IMG/VR virus record: IMGVR_UViG_3300045135_002615
Location: 62,001-126,000 of that record
Length of the DNA stretch: 64,000 nt
Reading direction: 5' to 3' (one strand)
Part shown: piece by piece, positions 37,601-45,541 of the stretch
How positions within the stretch are numbered: the stretch's first letter is position 1
How the letters are laid out: every line of letters starts with the position of its first letter
Made by a program: the position numbers and the translations under genes
The notes under the pieces: model-generated
What the model was told of the DNA's origin: nothing
Seen by the model: only the letters and a program-made list of their open reading frames with translations
Database searches by the model: none

Positions 37601-40347
37601 CTCTCACCACCTAATGAACTCGTCACAAAGTAGCTCACATACACATTAGAACCCGTCACATCACTCGTGAACGTGACCTCCTCGTTGGTGAAGCTATACC
37701 CACTAGCTAATGAAGCCCCCACATATACGGCGAGGTCTCCAATAACTTCACGACCCTCACCATTGTAAGACCACTTGTACCCATTGATGGACTCCGCTGG
37801 CTCATCCACAATCGAGAACAACAACGTCTCCGTAACACGCTCATCAGATCCCAACGGAAAATAACTCGCCTCTACCCCAACACCACTCCTTAAAGGCTCC
37901 CTAAACCTTATCACCCCTCGGCTCGCCTCATACCTGATGTCACTAACCTCCTCTACAAGCTCATCATAAACACCCGTTAGAGAAGCCCCGTTGATGTCAC
38001 ACTCCGCATGATCTAACCCCGCTAAGGGAAGACGCCTCAAGAGAACTACACCTACCCAACTAGAGTCCTCTATCCCATCTAACTTAAATACCACATACCC
38101 ATCTACCACCTCGAAACTCTGACCACCTTGAGCTACTCCCTCTGTGTACTCCATATCATCTATCAAAAGCACATATGAACCACCCAACACATGTGCGTCA
38201 CCACCCACATAGTACGGGGCTTCAATACGCTCATCCTTCAACACCACTAATGGAACTAATGAACCCCCTGAAACCCTCACACTCAACGTGTCTAAACTAG
38301 ACACCAAACCTAAGTCTAAATCCCCGTCTATACCATAGACCTTGTAGACCTTCAATGCGTCTCCCGCACTCACCTTCTCAAATACCTCCCCTACTAAACG
38401 GGTCATGTCAGGTGTCTCCTCCGCTACATAACCCTCTCGATAACCCCTATACGCTTCCCAACTAGAACCCGACTCTAGTGTACCCCCCGACACCACAACA
38501 CTCAACCCCAATACAGACTCGATACGCACATACGACTCTCCATCCGTCAACCAATCCCCTGAACGTAGCCCTTCTACCTCTACATCTAACTCTACAGACC
38601 TCTCCCCCGTCACCACAAAAACCTCCCCTCCACCTAACCTCTCTCCATATACACTCTGTAGACTCAACACTCCACCAACGCCCACCTCATAGTCCCGACC
38701 CTCCACCAAAGTCTGAGACCCCGCTCCCTCTACATACACACTCAAGGTACTCGTACCCGATAACACACCCGGTGAACTACTCAAGAGACTCGTAGCCTCC
38801 TTCACGTCACCCTCTAACGTACCCGAACCTATCCACTCAAAACCATTCGGCACCTCTCCAAACCTGTAGCTAACCTCAACCCCCTCTACAAGATCCCTGT
38901 CCCCAACCTTGAAGTGCTTACCATACCCATATACACCCACCATGTCTAAACGAGGCTCAAAGTTCAATACCTGATATGTCGAGACACCACTCACCTGACC
39001 CACAGCCTCATCGTCAAATGAATAGTAACCCACCACCGAAGGACTCGTTAAGTCCAACCTTAAACCCAACTCCGTGTGCGGCACTAAACCCAACTCTCCT
39101 AACACAACCCTCTCCCCTATCGTAGGATAACTCACCTCCGCTCCCACTACCAAATGACCCCTCGTGTCTATATACGCATCTCCTCCAACCACTACCCCAT
39201 CTAACAACTCCACCATCGACCCATTGACCAACCTAAATGAACCACTCACTTGACCCACTGGTAACAACGAAACCAATGGATTCATATACACACAACCCAC
39301 TGAACTACCCACCGCACCCACTTCCAATGACTCCTCATAGTCCCCCTCCCCATTAACTAACCAACCCGTGCGGTCACTTAACGCCCACACTAAACCACTA
39401 CCATTCGGTCTCTCCCCCGTTGCCTCCCCAATAGGCTCAATACCACTACCATCAGGTACTGAGATACGCTCCACTAACCCTACACTATCCTCCCCCAACA
39501 CAAGACCCTCATACTCATAAATAACACCCTCCTCCCCAAGCAACTCACCCGTCAATAAATCTACTTGTACCTCTCCCCTACGCACAGCTCCAAACGAACC
39601 CTCTACATACACTACATCTACATAGCCCTTACCCTTCTCTCTCAAGAGAAGATACTCATGACGTAAAGGCACTGGGCTTAACCTATCCCCACTCACCACA
39701 CTCTCAACCCCTAAGAGCTCATCACTCACATAGATGGCACTACCCGATAACCCCTTTAAAATGCCCCCCTCCACATAAGCCACTACTCCCGAACTCTCTT
39801 CTAATGGTACATCCTCACTCCCTATCAAGTACACCCCATCTAACGTGTGTAACTCCCCACTCGTACCCACCTCGTCCCCATTAGATACCTCCACTCCCTT
39901 ACCACCACCCTTCAAAACCCAACGACCTCCCTTGTACTCGAACCTTGTACGCACCGCGTCATTCTGAGTCCACCAAAAACCCATACGCCCTATCGTAGCC
40001 ACCGCACTACTCAAGCCCGCTTGATCACTCTCAATCACCGTACCCCCATACAAAATACGCAACGCTCCCGTTACACTCTCTACTACACCATCCCTTAAAC
40101 CCGTAGCATAGTAATAGAGACCTCCCACCTCCTCTATGTACGTCAACGTGATCTCCCTCTCCCCACTCCATACTGAACCATCACCCTTAGCTATCCATAA
40201 GACATCTCCAAGAGATCCTATCTCATACGCTACTCGACCCCTCACCTCTCCACCACCCACCACTCGGTTGTCTATACGCCTTAACGCAAGACCTGTCTCC
40301 TTGTCGTTCTTCTCCCCACTACGGACATCAAGTAATACTTTGCTCAT
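31618..40347 (-). CDS. Giant acidic beta-rich virion protein (2909 aa), probable baseplate/tail-appendage component
   Basis: 8.7-kb uninterrupted ORF rich in D/E/G/V/S/T; start moved to 40347 (GGAG SD; late motif at 40393-40405). Confidence 0.75.
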   Translation of the reverse strand: MSKVLLDVRSGEKNDKETGLALRRIDNRVVGGGEVRGRVAYEIGSLGDVLWIAKGDGSVWSGEREITLTYIEEVGGLYYYATGLRDGVVESVTGALRILYGGTVIESDQAGLSSAVATIGRMGFWWTQNDAVRTRFEYKGGRWVLKGGGKGVEVSNGDEVGTSGELHTLDGVYLIGSEDVPLEESSGVVAYVEGGILKGLSGSAIYVSDELLGVESVVSGDRLSPVPLRHEYLLLREKGKGYVDVVYVEGSFGAVRRGEVQVDLLTGELLGEEGVIYEYEGLVLGEDSVGLVERISVPDGSGIEPIGEATGERPNGSGLVWALSDRTGWLVNGEGDYEESLEVGAVGSSVGCVYMNPLVSLLPVGQVSGSFRLVNGSMVELLDGVVVGGDAYIDTRGHLVVGAEVSYPTIGERVVLGELGLVPHTELGLRLDLTSPSVVGYYSFDDEAVGQVSGVSTYQVLNFEPRLDMVGVYGYGKHFKVGDRDLVEGVEVSYRFGEVPNGFEWIGSGTLEGDVKEATSLLSSSPGVLSGTSTLSVYVEGAGSQTLVEGRDYEVGVGGVLSLQSVYGERLGGGEVFVVTGERSVELDVEVEGLRSGDWLTDGESYVRIESVLGLSVVVSGGTLESGSSWEAYRGYREGYVAEETPDMTRLVGEVFEKVSAGDALKVYKVYGIDGDLDLGLVSSLDTLSVRVSGGSLVPLVVLKDERIEAPYYVGGDAHVLGGSYVLLIDDMEYTEGVAQGGQSFEVVDGYVVFKLDGIEDSSWVGVVLLRRLPLAGLDHAECDINGASLTGVYDELVEEVSDIRYEASRGVIRFREPLRSGVGVEASYFPLGSDERVTETLLFSIVDEPAESINGYKWSYNGEGREVIGDLAVYVGASLASGYSFTNEEVTFTSDVTGSNVYVSYFVTSSLGGESVLRLSSGVEVPKFSLSSGVSTMTCPVDVRDRVSVGDLISIGFSKFFVTSVTASEVGLSPTPLSSLEAESFDVLNVPVVVYDGYELRSSFRQVEGVRVESVARGTELRLSGDLSPLMGSGSLVITDGVCYRVSTVRVEEGVTILVAEGQVRAHSYTSSGTRLLVSLRASYFEGDKVLSLSTSVVGIDYKLLRYRGGVATLLIEGRDYELREGEVELVDGVVGGDQYYFLHTARGVLSPIQVAGGRVSYPRYSVSYTERRVPTDYTGLPVTAGCVVESPDTFQVTIMDKGVYGSIVASRLKAESLRSRTTSGKSVATEQTFKGVGLGLYDLLADDFVARDRIREYDGYLRPLDSVLSTATGSLVGDYDGQFKFELPIAGDWGGAGFEDPLTMEVYPRYVVLAARALEQGYMLPSDPMSVNDVRELTALMEDQGSLVENEIDDYLMVGWDRSRVFDFTTGVPVSPYVARWARASEPSIYSRLFNERTEYYTYRVPGDLDSTTNGSVIALVGNDAQGRITDITSLTLARRPARFRIVNYSRDGFADFEPLSAGKPTFILSAVELQSFPIDSTTGYPDVSQFITYGGDTPDVLTGDPSHVFGGLSVGDKLKISVDGVFHDLLNKAELAVYDGASAYKTARVGAIYQGCLVVLNGVPSSYSINGDDLYTYVPKRGDTLALSYRADLDESDAQPSTFRIGVDVGLNTATGELYDISLPSLSEPSWPLQELTGQNVPEAYAPLQGIVTFNNTNTSPFEYPALKGLDVCDAGDHDLPYLNTLGEREVLEGIQPNFEAGSAQTLNLYSGELEYEYPDEVRDDLTQITGGHLVTSEDFSNLNGFIEQTPRQGDLILLRPDDSGVDGSGATGIMELMSIDGAQLSPPFFETPSDGASYEVLNAQVHMLPSGLGSGVTFQETLIFNVATSEWDQSLVEFEFSNGFPVGDIMDKVFNTNGTFILHVYAPTTYEFHYKITFRYDGASWIVSTTSPTGVVEVATNILTVSYSATSIGVLQQPIPNVLTLAEEPQWPFNGYETWITNTLWTDLIDLDVTADIGVNTRTLSIDFFLNYRIDMRFGLNTNSYVLSDRLSFYDADADFTTWIQSDTDPSVLLAAGGGVAPLDVTPLFYVYGSLMNVWQYGGIGTQLIESYANAFSRFGYSHIRLGEAWDVIDANTLRVRSLFDIERTNDPMSLFVGAEVRDGEVIFIGSGEYGRIDPTGTTDSAPAELTNLVSFEGSLANVEEGDLVYIERGHNAGVHRVKRITPSALSATYTEQIGSSDILPVVFPTVVEVLDNGDGTGTLVTDSSDLSLYYNGSGLMEAIILLNDNYLTQPASTQNNSFDEVFYRSYIRLKYDSINGGSMTFTFSSANGTENPTYGNVDSNQVEELTYQQMNSVIGSGGQVVCGIHKVPFNFLATGLLPYEVPTSLASPLTIDLTLAGGLSVSVTVDESYIERDEEGIMRALLLPSNLVGGSWESIFPTIEDTPQGNTYGQGFLTPNDSFTLTITAEAAIHLDRAFPRLMRDYRGTTPKVFNDGTSQVRSLADEVGLGNLPAWTFTEVSTIKVRRLRRFSRIMLEMLNSLLGLKNLYEQKVGLVDHLSFTDGVYTLTSKKVDVFGVEALGGKDTQVGDFDEALKVGDYITMYDSSSDEVFKMKIVEATPGSAKGISLSGDPNGDMVSFKVTTRTHLIPQEQSFNEFLEHGFDLIYSSTARVPTENTLEDTSVDFSELITGTPSDYYLVIDPQGALEGAPLERGAPAQGDGPLGVGQPNTLDDNRGSYRVISVDGSSLTVEFISGSSNPHEIFLPSVDGDTSNPLRVTSPIDNGTYTTSSDSIEPFSYRILKRRDLLDRNLAEVVLFFRERVLSWSERVRLFNQLVPLPLTWAAYEQTDSIYLVGENDPTHPSNDLIFGVLTPHEPPYPYTDTMLSLTDRRLLVEDPQLEAQGHTLFEGMVTLIGNGISSMGMRSKRYAWINTRTNRVTGTLPRMDRIDYQNPDLTALEDII

Positions 40348-40392
40348 ATCTCTAGCTCCACTCAGATGGTCAGACCATAGACTACCACCCAC

Positions 40393-40405
40393 ATAGATAA
40401 AATAT
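40393..40405 (-). promoter_or_regulatory. Late-promoter motif ATA-TTTTA-TCTAT
   Basis: 46 nt upstream of ATG 40347. Confidence 0.55.
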
Positions 40406-40406
40406 C

Positions 40407-40979
40407 TCAGAACACCGATAACGATAACGGACTACTCAACGCAGCTCCACTACCCGCTCCCGCTATCACACCACTCACCGATACACCACTCATACCCAAC
40501 CATATACCCCTACCTATACCACTCGCTAAATCCCAAGCTCGCTCACCCCTCACCCCCTCACTTATCAATGAACCCCATATCAAGTCTTCTAAGTCACTCG
40601 ATGTACCCAATATACCAACCCCTACAAAACTACCCACCACCGCACTCTCACCCACTACATCGTACACACCCGCAACAGCCTCTCCAATAGCCCTAGAAAG
40701 AACGTTTACACCCATATCCTCACCTACCCCTAGACCCGCTCCTTTAAGGCTTAAAATGAGCTGTTCTGTTAAAGGTGGAACTATGAAGCTACCCTGAGCA
40801 TATCCTGTACCCGCTACTCCCGTTGCTATGACAGGTACTACCACTAAGCTACGCAGCCAATGATACAACCCCTTCTCTACACCTAAAGCAATCGCCCTAG
40901 GATAAGGAAGTCCTACCACCTCTGCCGTGATCGTGAGGTTCAACTCTATTCTCGATGATAAGGCTCCGTCTATTAGCAT
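40407..40979 (-). CDS. Gly/Val-rich putative structural protein
   Basis: First gene of the operon; AGGTGAG SD-like sequence. Confidence 0.6.
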   Translation of the reverse strand: MLIDGALSSRIELNLTITAEVVGLPYPRAIALGVEKGLYHWLRSLVVVPVIATGVAGTGYAQGSFIVPPLTEQLILSLKGAGLGVGEDMGVNVLSRAIGEAVAGVYDVVGESAVVGSFVGVGILGTSSDLEDLIWGSLISEGVRGERAWDLASGIGRGIWLGMSGVSVSGVIAGAGSGAALSSPLSLSVF

Positions 40980-41213
40980 ATGCTCTCACCTAACCCCATA
41001 GATGGTTCGTAAATAAAGTCTACCAAGTGCCCCCCCCCTACCCTCACTGACACTTAAATAGTTGTTGACACACCCACACACGAAGATGTGGTGGTATGTC
41101 GGTGTCTACAGGGTGACATACGCTTCGAGTATAAAAAGACTATTGAGAGTTAAACCGACACGAAAAATGAGAGCGTTGAGTTGAGTTGGGTTCTAAGGGT
41201 AGGTATTGGGTCA

Positions 41214-41226
41214 GTAGGTTATTTAT
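41214..41226 (+). promoter_or_regulatory. Late-promoter motif GTA-GGTTA-TTTAT
   Basis: 45 nt upstream of ATG 41271. Confidence 0.6.
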
Positions 41227-41270
41227 ATGCGTATGGTGTGTAGCCCCTTAGAACTATTGAGGAGAGAGAG

Positions 41271-41687
41271 ATGGCTAAACACGCAGAGAGAGAGATGGGC
41301 TTATTGCCTATCATGAATCCGCTATACAACTTGAGAGAGATCTCGAAGCAGATGGCGTTATTGGAGGATCACTTGAATCACCCTCGCAAGAGGTGTCCTG
41401 ATTGTATTAGGAAGCACTTCTTGACGATAGAGGCATTATTTGAGGAGGCGGTATCCTTGGACAAGGAGGGTAAGTATGTGGAGTTGCTTGATGGCAAGGC
41501 ACAGGAGATGAGAGATTTACAGGGGGCGTGGCTTGACGGCAGGGATGGTAGGGATGCGGACAAGGTATATATGGTAATAGCTCAGGGTATCCGTGCGATG
41601 CGTAAGGAGTTTGCCCCTATGTGTTTTGATGTGCGTAAGTTGGCTTCGTTGAGGGTAGCGAGCAGGTATCTTCTTAGGCGGAGGTGA
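41271..41687 (+). CDS. Helical CxxC protein (NLREISKQ..LLEDHL...RCPDCIRKHF)
   Basis: GAGGAG SD; late motif at 41214-41226; basic tail RKLASLRVASRY. Confidence 0.75.
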   Translation: MAKHAEREMGLLPIMNPLYNLREISKQMALLEDHLNHPRKRCPDCIRKHFLTIEALFEEAVSLDKEGKYVELLDGKAQEMRDLQGAWLDGRDGRDADKVYMVIAQGIRAMRKEFAPMCFDVRKLASLRVASRYLLRRR

Positions 41688-41697
41688 GTGGGGTTTC

Positions 41698-42954
41698 TTA
41701 GTATCTTCTTCTTAGGCGAGAATCCTGACGGCTGAACCCTTTAGGGAGGGTAGCACCTGTGAGATCAGCTCCACTGAGGTCTGCTCCACTGAGGCCAGCG
41801 TGACTGAGGCCAGCGTGACTGAGGTCTGCTCCACTGATTTTAGCGTATTCAAGGTCAGCGTGACTGAGGTTAGCATCATTGAGTTTAGCCCCATTGAGTT
41901 CAGCACCATTGAGTTTAGCCCCATTGAGTTCAGCCCCATCGAGTTTAGCCCCTTTGAGGTTAGCTTCACTGAGGTTAGCTTCAATGAGCTGAGCATCATA
42001 GAGTTTAGCTTTAGTGAGGTTAGCACCATTGAGATAAGCTCCTGTGAGATCAGCATAACTGAGGTCAGCCCCACTGAGGTCAGCTCCTGCGAGTTTAGCT
42101 TTAGTGAGGTTAGACCCCATGAGGTAAGCCTTAGTGAGCTTAGCCTTAGTGAGGTTCGCCCCTGTGAGTTTAAACCTAACGAGGTTAGTTCCACTGAGGT
42201 CAGCGTGACTGAGGTTCGCCCCATTGAGTTCAGCCTCATAGAGTTTAGCCCCTGTGAGTTTAGCCCCTGTGAGATCAGCATCTGTGAGATCAGCCCCCTC
42301 AAGGTTGGCTCCACTGAGGTCAGCCTTACTGAGATCTGCATCTGTGAGGTCAGCCTTTCTGAGATCAGCACCCTTGAGGTTAGCGTTATTGAGCTCAGCA
42401 TCTGTGAGATCAGCTTCAGTGAGGTTAGCCCCACTGAGATCAGCCTTACTGAGCTTAGCTCCTATTAGGTCAGCCCCTCTGAGATCAGCATCTGTGAGAT
42501 CAGCCTTACTGAGATCAGCGTTATTGAGATAAGCATCTGTGAGATCAGCCCCTCTGAGATCAGCACCCTTGAGGTTAGCGTTATTGAGCTCAGCGACAGT
42601 GAGATCTGCATCAGTGAGATCTGCATCAGTGAGGTCAGCCTTTGTGAGGTTAGCCCCTCTGAGGTTAGCCCCTCTGAGCTTAGCCCCAATGAGCTTAGCC
42701 CCAATGAGATCAGCCTTACTGAGCTCAGCCTCACTGAGATCAGTCCAACTGAGATCAACACCACTGAGATCAGTCCAACTGAGGTCAAGACCACTGAGGT
42801 CTTGACCTGAGAAGTCTTTCTCCCCCTTAGCGAGTGCCTCCACTAGGGACTCCCTAGTGTGCTTAAGATTGCCCTTTAGGGAGGCTTGCTTCTCTAGATG
42901 AGAGATACGGTTTTCGATTTGAGCGATTTTTTGACTGGTTGTTAAGTGTCTCAT
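41698..42954 (-). CDS. Pentapeptide-repeat protein carrying the conserved leader (protein D)
   Basis: About 70 A(D/N/K/E)Lxx repeats after MRHLTTSQKIAQIENRISHLEKQA. Confidence 0.95.
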   Translation of the reverse strand: MRHLTTSQKIAQIENRISHLEKQASLKGNLKHTRESLVEALAKGEKDFSGQDLSGLDLSWTDLSGVDLSWTDLSEAELSKADLIGAKLIGAKLRGANLRGANLTKADLTDADLTDADLTVAELNNANLKGADLRGADLTDAYLNNADLSKADLTDADLRGADLIGAKLSKADLSGANLTEADLTDAELNNANLKGADLRKADLTDADLSKADLSGANLEGADLTDADLTGAKLTGAKLYEAELNGANLSHADLSGTNLVRFKLTGANLTKAKLTKAYLMGSNLTKAKLAGADLSGADLSYADLTGAYLNGANLTKAKLYDAQLIEANLSEANLKGAKLDGAELNGAKLNGAELNGAKLNDANLSHADLEYAKISGADLSHAGLSHAGLSGADLSGADLTGATLPKGFSRQDSRLRRRY

Positions 42955-42997
42955 GAGTGAGTCCTTTCTTAGTTGAGTTGGTTAAGGTATAGATAAA

Positions 42998-43036
42998 TTA
43001 AAAAGGCGACCCGCTTCCTTGACTAGGAAGAGGTCT
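42998..43036 (-). terminator. Probable terminator of the leftward 43-47 kb operon
   Basis: GACC.CTTCCT...AGGAAG..GGTC stem then T-tract on the minus strand, right after the stop at 43040. Confidence 0.6.
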
Positions 43037-43039
43037 GTT

Positions 43040-43396
43040 TTAGTCCGCGTGGGTGATCTTTACGTTGTAGTCACCGCCCATGTCGTATGAAGGGATATGT
43101 AGGGTCATCCCCTCCCATGTGACGAGGCGGGGGTCAGTATAAACAAAGAGAGCATCCTCAGCATCCTCCTCATCACAGAGATGCTCAGGGCAGATAAGGA
43201 GAATGCCTGATTGAAGATAGAGGGTATCACCTGTAGACAGATGATAGTGACCGACCCCCAACCTAATGGCTACTAGAGGTGTGTGCCCGCCGACATAGAA
43301 CAGATTAGCTTGACCTTTGTTGGGGGTATTCTCCAATAGAGTCTCGATATGTTCCTCAGCAATAGCGTGTATGGGGTCTCCGAGATAGCACTTCAT
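43040..43396 (-). CDS. Hypothetical protein
   Basis: Start moved to 43396 (AAGGA SD just after the upstream stop). Confidence 0.6.
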   Translation of the reverse strand: MKCYLGDPIHAIAEEHIETLLENTPNKGQANLFYVGGHTPLVAIRLGVGHYHLSTGDTLYLQSGILLICPEHLCDEEDAEDALFVYTDPRLVTWEGMTLHIPSYDMGGDYNVKITHAD

Positions 43397-43400
43397 TAGT

Positions 43401-43811
43401 TTAATCCTTCTTAAGGAACTTGACTTGGTGGGTTGCAGGCTTGTTAGGCAACCTGTTGAGGAGTTGGTCCACCTCAGCTTGAGGGGCTTCCTTATAGAGA
43501 GCCCATCTGAGGTTGCGGCTCTCGGCAATGTACTTCTCATAGAGATCAATGCCGAGTGCTTCAATGAGTTGATCCCTTGACAGCCCCTCTAGGGAGACCG
43601 AGGGTCGTTGAGGTACAACGAGAGCCTTTGAGCGGATACCATTAAAGGTAATGGTCTCTTGTCCGTCACCTGTGTGGTCAATGAGCTCTTGTTTAAAGTC
43701 CCGTACAATGTCTTGAGCGAGGTGGCTGAGATACCACAGCTTAGAAGCGGCATCAATGCGGTGCTCAAGAGGTGCGTTCGTGTCTTGCACGATGTCAAAG
43801 AGATAGTTCAT
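43401..43811 (-). CDS. Hypothetical protein
   Basis: GGAGG SD; ATGA overlap with the upstream gene. Confidence 0.7.
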   Translation of the reverse strand: MNYLFDIVQDTNAPLEHRIDAASKLWYLSHLAQDIVRDFKQELIDHTGDGQETITFNGIRSKALVVPQRPSVSLEGLSRDQLIEALGIDLYEKYIAESRNLRWALYKEAPQAEVDQLLNRLPNKPATHQVKFLKKD

Positions 43812-44374
43812 GTCACCACCTCCCACTCATGGTACCACCTTGTCCTTGAAGTGCGATTTGTTGTCGCTGCGACCACAGGACCAAGTGATAGGGTAACCTC
43901 ATACTGAGCCCCACTCTTAGCCCCTTTGATAGTGACCTTCGAGCCCACGGGGATCGTCTCTAAGTTGTCAAAGAACGCCTTGACTGAGGCGAGTTCATTT
44001 TTTTCAGGGATGCGGTACTTGAGCTTTTTGAGCTCAACACGCCGCGTGTGTTTTGCAGGTTGGTTAGGGTGCCCTAAAACAACTAGGTCATCTTCCTTAT
44101 GGAGAATGAAGAAGTCCATACCCTTGAGGTACCCACTCGTCACAGAGACAGGTGTACCTACTTCAAGGGGTAGATTCTTGTAGTAGTCCTTAATCTCTTT
44201 GACCACCTTCCTCACAGGCTTGGGGTCATGGTAGGTGGTAGCCACATCAAGGCTGATACCACACAGAGGTTGCTCAACTAAGTCAATGTCATATCCATCA
44301 GGGTTGGTGCCGTTCATGGCGTAGTAGTTGATGCAGATCTGCTCCGCGAGGAGCTTGTTCTTGTTAAAGTCCAT
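43808..44374 (-). CDS. Paralog 3 of a tandem family (conserved N-cap plus SH3/KOW-like barrels)
   Basis: MDFNKNKLLAEQICINYYAMNGTNPDGYD...KEIKDYYKNLPLEVGT. Confidence 0.75.
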   Translation of the reverse strand: MDFNKNKLLAEQICINYYAMNGTNPDGYDIDLVEQPLCGISLDVATTYHDPKPVRKVVKEIKDYYKNLPLEVGTPVSVTSGYLKGMDFFILHKEDDLVVLGHPNQPAKHTRRVELKKLKYRIPEKNELASVKAFFDNLETIPVGSKVTIKGAKSGAQYEVTLSLGPVVAATTNRTSRTRWYHEWEVVT

Positions 44375-44964
44375 TATGACACCACCTCCAGCTCACAGGT
44401 GAGCCGATGAGGTCCCCATGTAGCATCCTTATCCTCAGCGACTCGAACATACAAGTTGTTCGGCTCAACCTCAATAACCCACCTTAACCCATCGAACGAA
44501 GGTGAGGTCACCTTGTCACCGACAGAGATATCTTTATGTTGGTACTCGACCTCGTCCTTGTTAAGAGGGCGAGACCTGAGCTGAGAGATCTTAACCCATG
44601 TGGTTGACACATAGGAGGTGAGGGGGCTCTCAGACTTTGGGTAGTCAAATGAGACCAAAGCATTGTCGCCCAAGACTTTTAAGATAATAGCCTGAGCCCC
44701 CTTGTACCTCCCCGACTTTGGCACAACAGTAGTACCTACCTCAAGGGGTAGGTTCTTGTAGTAGTCCTTGATCTCCTTGATCATCTTCTTAGCGACACTA
44801 GGTGTGCTGTAGGTGGTAGCCACATCAAGGCTGATACCACAAAGGGGGTAACCCACTAAGTCAATGTCATATCCATCAGGGAAGGTACCATGCATGGCGA
44901 AGTAGTTGATGCAGATCTGCTCCGCGAGACGGCGGTTGGCATCTTTGAATGGGTAGTCAATCAT
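44374..44964 (-). CDS. Paralog 2 of the tandem family
   Basis: LAEQICINYFAMHGTFPDGYD...KEIKDYYKNLPLEVGT. Confidence 0.75.
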   Translation of the reverse strand: MIDYPFKDANRRLAEQICINYFAMHGTFPDGYDIDLVGYPLCGISLDVATTYSTPSVAKKMIKEIKDYYKNLPLEVGTTVVPKSGRYKGAQAIILKVLGDNALVSFDYPKSESPLTSYVSTTWVKISQLRSRPLNKDEVEYQHKDISVGDKVTSPSFDGLRWVIEVEPNNLYVRVAEDKDATWGPHRLTCELEVVS

Positions 44965-45530
44965 GAGAGCACCTTGAGTTCCTCAGTTAAGAAGGTGAGA
45001 CCGTATAAAGCTTTGGGGTCGGGGCTGACGATGACTTTAAGTCCTTCAACTTTAATCACAAACATCACCTCACCCAACACATCCACCTTCGTACCAACCG
45101 CAGGAGGTGTCTTGGGGATCCAAAAGGTCTCCCCTCTAACGAGCGGGCGAGCCTTTACCTTCGCTGCCTTAACCCACACATACGACATGTAATCAAATTT
45201 CTGCCCAACATATGGGTCGAGGGTCACCAAGAGATGTCCATTTGACTTAATGATGACGTTTCCATTCCTGAAGCCACCATACATACGACCTGCATTGTAG
45301 GTAACAGCAAGACCCTCTGTGATGGGGAGATTCTTGTAGTAAATATTAATCTCCTTGACCACCTTACGCACCTCTGTGATTGGGGCATAATCCTCGACCT
45401 CCTTGAGGTTCATTCCACATAATGCTGTAGTAGATAAGGTGGGGTCATACCCATCAGGGTTGGTGCCGTGCATGGCGAAGTAGTTGGCACTAATGGTTTC
45501 AGAGAGTTGTAAATTCTTGTTAAAATCCAT
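44961..45530 (-). CDS. Paralog 1 of the tandem family
   Basis: MDFNKNLQLSETISANYFAMHGTNPDGYD...KEINIYYKNLP; AAGGAG SD. Confidence 0.75.
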   Translation of the reverse strand: MDFNKNLQLSETISANYFAMHGTNPDGYDPTLSTTALCGMNLKEVEDYAPITEVRKVVKEINIYYKNLPITEGLAVTYNAGRMYGGFRNGNVIIKSNGHLLVTLDPYVGQKFDYMSYVWVKAAKVKARPLVRGETFWIPKTPPAVGTKVDVLGEVMFVIKVEGLKVIVSPDPKALYGLTFLTEELKVLS

Positions 45531-45541
45531 GTTCATTCTCC

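Noticed and set aside
38478-38795. Pro/His/Thr-rich + strand ORF (and similar ones at 37229 and 40136)
   Set aside because: Result of the extreme C/A skew opposite the giant gene; no start signals
41065-41100. TTGACA as a sigma70 promoter
   Set aside because: No acceptable -10 hexamer at 16-18 nt spacing
41712-42805. Several long overlapping ORFs on both strands of the pentapeptide gene
   Set aside because: Shadows of the 15-nt periodic repeat, which lacks stops in other frames; no SD, and low-complexity translations
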